Assembly (NCBI GenBank): GCA_041658625.1
Contig: JBAZZW010000001.1
Location: 761,760 to 825,759 of the forward strand
Length of the DNA stretch: 64,000 bases
Origin: Actinomycetota bacterium
GTDB lineage: Bacteria > Actinomycetota > JAHEXW01
Reading direction: 5' to 3'
In this document: positions 35,823 to 43,148 of the stretch, in pieces
How the letters are laid out: every line of letters starts with the position of its first letter
Numbering within the stretch: position 1 is the first letter of the stretch
Notes under the pieces: model-generated
Database searches by the model: none
What the model was told of the DNA's origin: nothing
What the model saw: the letters and a program-made list of their open reading frames with translations, nothing else
Translations under genes and position numbers: made by a program

Positions 35823-37809
35823 AAAACTAATAATGAAGAATTATCGTCAATACAGAGATGAAATATTGCACTTTAGGAGCACTTCAGAGTGCGATCTTAC
35901 TGTGTTTATTGGACGAAATGGCACTGGAAAATCTAATATTCTTAATGCCATCAACTGGTGTCTTTATAAAGAAGAGCCTCATTTGAATGATGAGTCAGTA
36001 AGTATGCCTCCAGTAACAATGGACAGTGTACTGCAGAGCCCAGATGGATCTGAGCACAGTGTATCTGTTGAGCTTTATATCGATTCTGGTGAAGGAGGGA
36101 AAATAGTTTTTAATCGGACGGCAAGGTATAAAGTCTTTAAAGAAACAGCGATGGCAAAAATTGAAATGGGTGAGCTATATAGATACGTTTCAACCTATAT
36201 GGACCTAGAAGTCCAGCATATAAAGAAGAACGGCGAGACTGACTATTTTAGCGAAGATGAAGACGTAGAGTTTTTTATTGATACATTTATCCCAAAGAAT
36301 ATTCGTGGGTTTTTTATTTTTGATGGGGAACGGCTAAGTTCGTATTTTAAAGTAGCCGTTCAGAAAAATATTAGAAGCGCCATTCTTAGCCTATCAAGAA
36401 TCGAAGTTTTAGAAACAATAAAAGATCGCCTTGGAACAATATTAACAGAATACAACCGTGAAGCTGGAAGGTATAGCCCTGAGCTTGAGGAGATAGAAAA
36501 ACAGCTTAATCAAGCTATAGAAAGAGAAAATGAAGCATCAAATATGCTTAATGAAGCGCAGGTTCAAATTGACAGCGCAAAAACTCAAATCGAAGAACAC
36601 AAGGGCGAAATTGAAGGTTGTCCTGATGCTATGAAACTTAATACTGAGCGGGATGAGTTGAAGGATAAAGTGCAATTAACAAATAAGAGGCGTGAGAAAA
36701 ACCATATTGAATATCTAAACAGTCTATTTGAGTTAGGGAAAACAGCAAATTCAAAAGCAGCGCTTACTAGCCTATTAGATATAATCAACAAGAAAATACA
36801 GAACCACGAGTTGCCACCGCCGATTGAAAATAGAAATCTTGAACAATCGCTAAAAGATGGTAAATGTGTTTTATGTGGGGTAGCAATATCTAAAGAAACA
36901 GAAAATCACATTAAGGAGACAATGAAGCAAATTTCGACATCTTCCTTTGCTGCAAGGCGACTAAGCGAATTAGAAAATCCGCTTCACAGGGTATTAGAAA
37001 AAGAGCGTGCTCTAAAAATTAATATCGCTAGTGCAATTGAAAAGATTCAGGACTGCGATAAACAGATCCAAAAAGCACAGACAAGAATCGAAGAAATTGA
37101 CCATACACTATTAGGCCATAATAAAGATTCCATCAGAGAACACCAAGAACAAATCCTGATCCTAGAGGATGTCTATATGACAAACTTGATAGCACTGGGC
37201 ACATGGAAAACAAGGCGAGACGAAATTCGAAAAGGAATACCAGACATAAAAAGAAGACGAGACGATGAAATGGAGAAACGGAAGGACATAGAAGAACTAA
37301 AAGGTCGTATCTGCGTATGCGAAACTGCTTTTGCTAAAGCTAGTGATGCAAGAGAAAGTATTTTATCCAAGACAAGGGAATACGTAGAAGAAGAAACCAA
37401 CAAAGCGTTCTCGAAACTTATGTGGAAGAAAAAGACCTATAAACGAATAAAGATAAAAGAAGACTACTCGCTGAGTGTAATCCATGTTTCAGGACAAGAA
37501 TGGTTTCCACACATGAGTGCAGCCGAAAGACAACTTCTCGTTCTTTCTTTTACGATTGCTCTCCATACGCTTGCAGGATTTGACTCACCACTCATTATTG
37601 ATACGCCGGTAGCAAGAGTTGACGACGAAAACCGGGAAAACTTTGCGGAAGCTTTTGCTAAGATTTCTCAAGCAAAGCAAGTCGTTCTAATCTTGAGCCC
37701 CACAGAGTGGTCTTCAGAGATCTCTGGTGTTCTCGATAGGTATGTTGGAGGCAAATATAGGTTAGATCTAAATGAGGAAGAAACCGAAACACGCGTTAAG
37801 GAGGCATAG
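35812..37809 (+). CDS. SMC/Rad50/DndD-like ABC ATPase with central CxxC hook
   Basis: Walker A GRNGTGKSNILNAI. About 350 aa of heptad-rich E/K/L/Q sequence. CVLCG at residues 352-355 of 665. Signature-like MSAAERQLL. Walker B/D-loop LIIDTPVARVDDENRE. Confidence 0.85.
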   Translation: MRIEKLIMKNYRQYRDEILHFRSTSECDLTVFIGRNGTGKSNILNAINWCLYKEEPHLNDESVSMPPVTMDSVLQSPDGSEHSVSVELYIDSGEGGKIVFNRTARYKVFKETAMAKIEMGELYRYVSTYMDLEVQHIKKNGETDYFSEDEDVEFFIDTFIPKNIRGFFIFDGERLSSYFKVAVQKNIRSAILSLSRIEVLETIKDRLGTILTEYNREAGRYSPELEEIEKQLNQAIERENEASNMLNEAQVQIDSAKTQIEEHKGEIEGCPDAMKLNTERDELKDKVQLTNKRREKNHIEYLNSLFELGKTANSKAALTSLLDIINKKIQNHELPPPIENRNLEQSLKDGKCVLCGVAISKETENHIKETMKQISTSSFAARRLSELENPLHRVLEKERALKINIASAIEKIQDCDKQIQKAQTRIEEIDHTLLGHNKDSIREHQEQILILEDVYMTNLIALGTWKTRRDEIRKGIPDIKRRRDDEMEKRKDIEELKGRICVCETAFAKASDARESILSKTREYVEEETNKAFSKLMWKKKTYKRIKIKEDYSLSVIHVSGQEWFPHMSAAERQLLVLSFTIALHTLAGFDSPLIIDTPVARVDDENRENFAEAFAKISQAKQVVLILSPTEWSSEISGVLDRYVGGKYRLDLNEEETETRVKEA

Positions 37810-37813
37810 GACA

Positions 37814-38224
37814 ATGACAATGATTACAAGCCCAGATAGGCTCAATATAGATAAAACTGACCGCCGACTCTACGAGCAGCTTGACAAAGAGCCGGTATTG
37901 CTGGGGAAAACCCGAGGACGAAAAGATCAGTTTCTTCTCGCTATGTCTATCGGTTATAAAAGCGGGATGAGATTGCCCATAAAGTCTAAGGAAGGTTTCG
38001 TACTTACGAAAGACCTTAATGCGGAGGACTATGCGTTAATATTTGCAGTAGCTGCAAGTGACAGTAAAAATATTGACATAATTGCCGACGACGTAGAAGT
38101 TGTTTCCATCGCGGAAGAATATGCACATGCAGGAATTAAGACATTGATTGAAAAATTAAAAGAAGTTGGTTTTGGTAGTTTTGAAAAGCAATTCGAGAAG
38201 GAGATATTTAATATCCTCGGCTAG
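37814..38224 (+). CDS. small hypothetical protein, possibly DndE-like
   Basis: ATG at 37814 is preceded by AAGGAGG (37798-37804). The tracked alternative start 37772 overlaps the ATPase gene. The DndE-like idea rests only on size, position after a DndD-like ATPase, and a loose C-terminal resemblance (EEYAHAGIKTL). Confidence 0.55.
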   Translation: MTMITSPDRLNIDKTDRRLYEQLDKEPVLLGKTRGRKDQFLLAMSIGYKSGMRLPIKSKEGFVLTKDLNAEDYALIFAVAASDSKNIDIIADDVEVVSIAEEYAHAGIKTLIEKLKEVGFGSFEKQFEKEIFNILG

Positions 38225-39557
38225 ATCGCATTTTACCCGAAAAACAATAAGAATTCTGCTCGTAGAGCCATCTTTTCCGATTCCTGCGAAAAGCAAGAAT
38301 CATAAGAACTTTCTTCCGGTTGGCTTACTTAAGATTGCTTCTTATCAAAGAACTCTAGGCAACGAAGCGCAACTTTACAGGGGCGTCCCTATTGGTTTTT
38401 TTGAGACAAGTCGTCTTGTGGCGTTTAAACCTGATGAGATTTGGATTACGTCTCTTTTTACTTATTGGTCTCCCTATGTGAAAGAAACCGTCGAGTTCTA
38501 TAAAGACCTATTTCCGAACGCAAAGATTACTGTTGGAGGTATCTATGCGTCACTAAGGCCAATTGAAGAGGTAAAACAATACACCGGTTGTGATGAAGTA
38601 TTTCAAGGTGTGATGGGAGCAGCCGAGAGTCATGAGCCCGCTTATGACTTGCTGGAATACAAAAATGGCAGCCCAATTGATTACCAGATTTTACACGCTT
38701 CTAGGGGTTGCATAAGAAACTGCGAGTTTTGTGGGACTTGGAAGATTGAGCCAGAATACAAGCCAAAGAAATCAATAGTTGATGAGATCTTTCCCGGAAT
38801 CAGAAAACTGGTTTTCTACGACAACAACCTTCTTGCTAATCCCCATATTGAAGATATTCTCAAAGAGCTTGCGGAATTAAAAAGGACTCATCGAATTCTA
38901 TGGTGCGAAAGCCAGTCTGGCTTCGATGGAAGAATCTTGAAAGAGAAACCACATCTGGCAAGAATGCTGAAGAAGGCCGGATTTCAAAATCCCCGTATTG
39001 CCTGGGACTGGGGTTATAAACAGCACGAGAGTATAAAAAAACAAATTGACATACTACTCGATGCTGGTTATAAGTCGAACCAGATATATGTTTTCGTAAT
39101 ATATAACTGGGACACGGTGTTCGAAGAAATGGAACAAAAGCGAATTAAAAGTTTCGAATGGAAGGTTCAAATTGCCGACTGTCGCTATCGACCCCTAGAT
39201 CAGATGTATGACCACTATAAAGGGAGCACCAAGGGCCAAACGAACAAGGACTATTACATTCACGAATCAGCTGGTTGGACGGACGCGTTAGTTAAACAGT
39301 ATCGGCGCAATATACGCGAACAAAACATCTGCGTCCGTTATGGGTTTGACCTGTATTCAAGAGCGTTTGAGCACAAAACTCAAGGTCAGAGTGTTCGTCG
39401 TCAGATGAAGCTATTGCCTACGCTAGACGAAAAAAAGGACTTTATGGAATCTCGCGGATACGATTTTTGGGTTCCAGATAAAATTAGGTACCCCGTTGAT
39501 GACTCGATTCAATCTGACCAAATCTCACTTGCTGTTAGTGAAAAGGTCAGGGCGTAA
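38166..39557 (+). CDS. radical SAM enzyme with N-terminal B12-binding-like (class B type) domain
   Basis: CxxxCxxC cluster motif CIRNCEFC at 38709-38732. N-terminus IRILLVEPSF...FLPVGLLKIASY resembles the Rossmann-like B12-binding domain of class B radical SAM enzymes. Exact start is uncertain (TTG codons at 38166-38181, no ATG). Confidence 0.8.
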   Translation: MVLVVLKSNSRRRYLISSARSHFTRKTIRILLVEPSFPIPAKSKNHKNFLPVGLLKIASYQRTLGNEAQLYRGVPIGFFETSRLVAFKPDEIWITSLFTYWSPYVKETVEFYKDLFPNAKITVGGIYASLRPIEEVKQYTGCDEVFQGVMGAAESHEPAYDLLEYKNGSPIDYQILHASRGCIRNCEFCGTWKIEPEYKPKKSIVDEIFPGIRKLVFYDNNLLANPHIEDILKELAELKRTHRILWCESQSGFDGRILKEKPHLARMLKKAGFQNPRIAWDWGYKQHESIKKQIDILLDAGYKSNQIYVFVIYNWDTVFEEMEQKRIKSFEWKVQIADCRYRPLDQMYDHYKGSTKGQTNKDYYIHESAGWTDALVKQYRRNIREQNICVRYGFDLYSRAFEHKTQGQSVRRQMKLLPTLDEKKDFMESRGYDFWVPDKIRYPVDDSIQSDQISLAVSEKVRA

Positions 39558-39562
39558 ATCAT

Positions 39563-39655
39563 ATGTTTAGAGTATGTATACAAAACAACCAGCTCGTTTA
39601 TGAGCTATACGGCCTAACCGACGAAGCAATAACGGGGTCAAGTCTTTACTTTTAA
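39563..39655 (+). pseudogene. remnant of the C-terminal end of a type IIG / PglX-like DNA methyltransferase
   Basis: The frame encodes ...NQLVYELYGLTDEAIT... then a stop. (L)VYELYGLT(E/D)EEI is the characteristic extreme C-terminus of Eco57I/PglX-type N6-adenine methyltransferases. No upstream body remains. Confidence 0.45.
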
Positions 39656-39739
39656 CATTCTCTTAAAACCTGGTTTCTAGGTCTCGTCTTCTAAAAGTCA
39701 AGTCTGTTTTTAGTCATTTGATTCTGCTAGTCTGGCGAC

Positions 39740-39934
39740 ATGGTAAGAGCACTGCGCATCGAATACCCCGGGGCTGTCTATCACGTAATGAGCCGCGGTA
39801 ACGAAAGAAAAGCAATTGTCCGATCAAAAGAGGACCGAGAACGGTTCACTGAAGTCTTAAGAGAAGGCGCGAGTCGATTCAACATCCTGATCCACGCCTA
39901 TTCAAAGTCAAAGGGGTCAGGTCGTGCTATGTAA
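39740..39934 (+). pseudogene. 5' fragment of a RAYT/IS200-like Y1 transposase gene
   Basis: MVRALRIEYPGAVYHVMSRGNERKAIVRSKEDRERFTEVLREGASRFNILIHAY parallels the first ~56 aa of the full-length gene at 40002-40880, then diverges into a REP-like sequence and stops. Confidence 0.7.
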
Positions 39935-40965
39935 CCTTTTAAGTTGGTGAAGTTGATGCACTACCAACTTATGAATCTGAACAGGCACGGCAACCTTGCA
40001 ATTACCCTTCATTGAGATATTTTTCTGTTTCTGAGATCACTCGGCTTAAATAGGCGCGGTGAAGACCTAGATGGTTTGCGACTTCTCGCTGCTTGTATCC
40101 GAAATCGTAGATTGCGCTATGTGCCTTTAGGTTTCTATCTGATATTGACAATCCGGCCGGGAGCAAGGCCGAAAGTGGGGGCCGGTCAGCGTATCTGTGT
40201 GATCGAGCGAGTTCTTTTATCTCGTCTGCTTCCCAAAAGACGTTTGAGAGCTTATCGATGAAGGTGTCGCTCCCTAAGACACAGCCACCGCGGATATTCT
40301 CGAACGGCTTGTCGGAGCCGGCCTCAGGGGTCAAGACGAATTCCTGGTACCGCTTTTTGGCCAGCCTCTTCTTGCCCGCGAACTGGGAGAGGACCCAATC
40401 AGTCGCGAGAAAACCGCCATCGTTATCTGACAGGCCGGCAATCGCGCGGTAGCTACTCCATCTGTAATCGGCCGGATGCTCGACGAGGCCCGCCCGGATC
40501 GGATTCAAAACGATATATCGGCAAAGACACAAGAGATACTCGTCGCGTTCGACGAGGATAGCCTTGTATCGACCCTGATAGACATGACCGACTGTTTTGT
40601 TTCGGGCGTTATAACGAGTTGTATAGACCCCGTTGATGTAATGCATGACCTCAGCGAGGTTGCCGTCAGGAGTCTCAACGAGAAGGTGGTAATGGTTTGT
40701 CATTAGGCAGTAGCCGTGGATGAGAACGTTAAAGCGTTTTGCGGCTTCTTCCAGAATTACCAGAAAAGCCTCACGGTCCTTATTTGTTCTGACGATAGAC
40801 TTCCGGCCGTCGCCGCGGCTCATAACGTGGTAGACGGCGCCGGGGTACTCGATGCGTAGAGGTCGTGCCATGACGAACACGCTATCAAATTATGGATGAA
40901 AGAAAAAGACTTGACTTATAACGGACGGAGTCAATAATTAACCTTACAAAGCACGACCTGACCCC
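39913..40965 (-). mobile_element. RAYT-type unit: Y1 transposase gene bracketed by inverted 15-nt REP-like sequences
   Basis: ggggtcaggtcgtgc at 39913-39927 and its exact reverse complement gcacgacctgacccc at 40951-40965 flank the transposase CDS. Confidence 0.7.
40002..40880 (-). CDS. IS200/REP-associated tyrosine (Y1, HUH) transposase-like protein with C-terminal DnaA-C-like HTH
   Basis: YHVMSRG, HUH-type MTNHYHLLVETP and catalytic-Tyr region VYQGRYKAILV. C-terminus GYKQREVANHLGLHRAYLSRVI is HTH-like. Confidence 0.8.
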   Translation of the reverse strand: MFVMARPLRIEYPGAVYHVMSRGDGRKSIVRTNKDREAFLVILEEAAKRFNVLIHGYCLMTNHYHLLVETPDGNLAEVMHYINGVYTTRYNARNKTVGHVYQGRYKAILVERDEYLLCLCRYIVLNPIRAGLVEHPADYRWSSYRAIAGLSDNDGGFLATDWVLSQFAGKKRLAKKRYQEFVLTPEAGSDKPFENIRGGCVLGSDTFIDKLSNVFWEADEIKELARSHRYADRPPLSALLPAGLSISDRNLKAHSAIYDFGYKQREVANHLGLHRAYLSRVISETEKYLNEG

Positions 40966-41032
40966 TAAGCCGACCCCGGTCAGATAGTACATAAAGAAAA
41001 ATAGAATTACTCTATTGAAGGGGAGGAGCATT

Positions 41033-41704
41033 ATGACACAGACGATTGATTTAAAGAAAGAACAGCAAGCTTCGATTGCCAGGCCGCGGTACAAATATTC
41101 TATAATGGCGCGGAGTTTTTTTATAACCATGGATATCCTGACGGGCCGTAAGGTGACTTTGTCAAAGGCCAAGTTGCTGGAGACTCTGGCCTGCATTCCT
41201 TACCGTGAATGGGAGATCCGGCAGTATATCCGGCTGACCCGACGGTATCGAAAGTGGGAATTCGTCGATTGGGCCAACGGCATAAAACAATGGAGCCGAA
41301 ACGCCCAGGACAATGAATACACCCACCTTCTGATCGTCAACGAGAAGATGAAAGAAGACGGGATGAAAGACGCCTGGTACCTGTTCCCGTTAATCCCATT
41401 TATCATGGTCATGGTCTATGTCCCCTTCGCGAAGACGTTAGCATTATTCCGTACTCGGCGAGCCTTTCTTTTTAACGCCGAATTCGAGGACCACGCCGAG
41501 CACGTATACGCCCAGTTCGTTGGGGAGCATCCGGAGTGGGACGAACAAAAAGTAGATAACGATCTGGTGAAAGCTTACGCGGATGTCGAAACCTGGGGCG
41601 ATGTTTTCCGCCGCGTTGGTTTGGACGAACGCGACCACAGGAACGCAAGCTTTGTCGCTTGCGGCAAACCGGAGTTTGTCGTTGAATACGAAGGGATGCC
41701 TTAA
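41033..41704 (+). CDS. alternative-oxidase-like di-iron carboxylate protein (AOX/PTOX family, tentative)
   Basis: LLETLACIPY, NEKMKE, AEFEDHAEHVY and DERDHRN are spaced like the four AOX iron-binding helices (LET, NE.MH, E.EE..H, DE..HR). ATG at 41033 follows GGGGAGGAG. Confidence 0.55.
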   Translation: MTQTIDLKKEQQASIARPRYKYSIMARSFFITMDILTGRKVTLSKAKLLETLACIPYREWEIRQYIRLTRRYRKWEFVDWANGIKQWSRNAQDNEYTHLLIVNEKMKEDGMKDAWYLFPLIPFIMVMVYVPFAKTLALFRTRRAFLFNAEFEDHAEHVYAQFVGEHPEWDEQKVDNDLVKAYADVETWGDVFRRVGLDERDHRNASFVACGKPEFVVEYEGMP

Positions 41705-41751
41705 AAGGGTCAAGTCTGTTTCTAGTCCTTTGGTTCTGCTAGTCTAGCGCT

Positions 41752-42258
41752 ATGGATAAGTCACAAAAACGAGAGGAACACCGGGCCACTCGGGAAGTCA
41801 AGAGGCAGGCGCACGAAGATGAAATGGTTAAGCTGCGCGGCAAGCGGGAGGGCAAGAAATGGGCCTTCTCTCTCGGCCTGATGATTCCATTTCTGCTAAT
41901 CGTCGTATCTTTCGCCGCTGTCGCGTACGTTTTGTTAGTACTCCCCGGACGCTCCATTAACCAAACAGACACTATGGCCGCCAAGGCGATACTTAAAGCC
42001 GCCGCTGTTGCCGCCGACCAATTCGCTTCGGACCATAACAATTCTTATGGAGGCATGACAGCGGGCGATCTGAAAGCCATCGACTCTAAGATTAACTGGG
42101 CTGACGGCGCTCCTAATCCCGGCCAGGTCGGTATCGTCTCGGCCGAAGAAACTACGTTCAAATTGGTCTATAAGGATTCGACCGGCGGCGAATTCCAAGC
42201 GGCGCGCGATAAACCGGGGGCGCCATCTTTCACAGACGTCAGCGGCAACCCGATATAG
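41752..42258 (+). CDS. hypothetical membrane-anchored protein, pilin-like architecture
   Basis: Basic N-terminus, one TM helix, then AAKAILKAAAVAADQFASDHNNSYGGMTAGDLKAID. Similar layout to 52304-52672. Confidence 0.45.
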   Translation: MDKSQKREEHRATREVKRQAHEDEMVKLRGKREGKKWAFSLGLMIPFLLIVVSFAAVAYVLLVLPGRSINQTDTMAAKAILKAAAVAADQFASDHNNSYGGMTAGDLKAIDSKINWADGAPNPGQVGIVSAEETTFKLVYKDSTGGEFQAARDKPGAPSFTDVSGNPI

Positions 42259-42271
42259 AGCTTTGGTGTTT

Positions 42272-42673
42272 CTACTGTACTTTGATTTTGTACTTTAGGG
42301 TGTTGGCGGGAGCAACGGGTTTGTCCCAGGTCCGGAGATAATTGAGCGTTATCGTCGTTTCGCCGGCCGCGATTGCCTTATAGGACCAAACATGATCGCC
42401 GCCTGAGCCCACTCGCCCCGTATTATCGGCCGTGTATTTGTCGCTTATCTTTTTAACGACTTTACTGTCTGTACCCTTGGCCATCTGCCATACATATCCC
42501 GTAGTCGCGTTGCCTCTGAGAGTAATCGTGAATTGCTGGCCTACAGACGCTTCAATGGTCTTGCCCGAATCGGCCTCGGTATAATTAGCCGTTCTAAGGC
42601 TGCAACCTACATAAATCAGGACCGCGACAATACCCAGAACAAAGACTAATGAAATTACTAAGGTTCTTCTCAT
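42272..42673 (-). CDS. chagasin/ICP-family (I42) cysteine-protease inhibitor, lipoprotein or secreted
   Basis: GNATTGYVWQ motif (NPTTGY.W type). Start at 42673 is preceded by GGAGG. The tracked ORF extends to 42724. Confidence 0.8.
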   Translation of the reverse strand: MRRTLVISLVFVLGIVAVLIYVGCSLRTANYTEADSGKTIEASVGQQFTITLRGNATTGYVWQMAKGTDSKVVKKISDKYTADNTGRVGSGGDHVWSYKAIAAGETTITLNYLRTWDKPVAPANTLKYKIKVQ

Positions 42674-42809
42674 TTGGCGCCTCCATGGCCTAGCGCTAAC
42701 CCCGCTGCCAGCTGATTTAATCATATACGCACAGCCAGTTAATTAAAAGGGTTCAATATGTAAATGGGGCCAGGGGTTGAATAATAAGGTTTCGGTTATT
42801 GCTTACGCG

Positions 42810-42873
42810 GTTAACATGTGTTAACTTAAATTTATTTGGTTAACATATGTTAACTAGGTTGGTTAAGGTTAAC
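42810..42873. promoter_or_regulatory. three GTTAAC-containing palindromic operator-like sites upstream of the HTH-Doc pair
   Basis: gttaacatgtgttaac (42810-42825), the perfect palindrome gttaacatatgttaac (42839-42854), and ggttaaggttaac (to 42873). Confidence 0.5.
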
Positions 42874-42896
42874 AACGGTAATAAAGTGGGGCACAC

Positions 42897-43148
42897 ATGG
42901 ACAAGAATATGATTAGCACAACGGAAGCGGCAAAGATAATGGGCATAAGCCGTATAGCTGTCTGGAAGAAGATAAGTCAAGGGAAACTTAAGGCTGTAAA
43001 AATCGGTCGGAACTATGTTATCGATAGGCAAGATCTTGGGGATATCTATTCGGAGACGACACCCGAAACTGAAAAGATTATCGACGAAACGGTCGACCGG
43101 GTCATAAAGGAATATGGAGACGCGCTTAACAGGTTGGGCAAAGAATGA
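42897..43148 (+). CDS. excisionase/MerR-type HTH DNA-binding protein (antitoxin of Doc)
   Basis: ISTTEAAKIMGISRIAVWKKISQGKLKAVKIGRNYVI. ATGA overlap with the Doc gene. Confidence 0.8.
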   Translation: MDKNMISTTEAAKIMGISRIAVWKKISQGKLKAVKIGRNYVIDRQDLGDIYSETTPETEKIIDETVDRVIKEYGDALNRLGKE

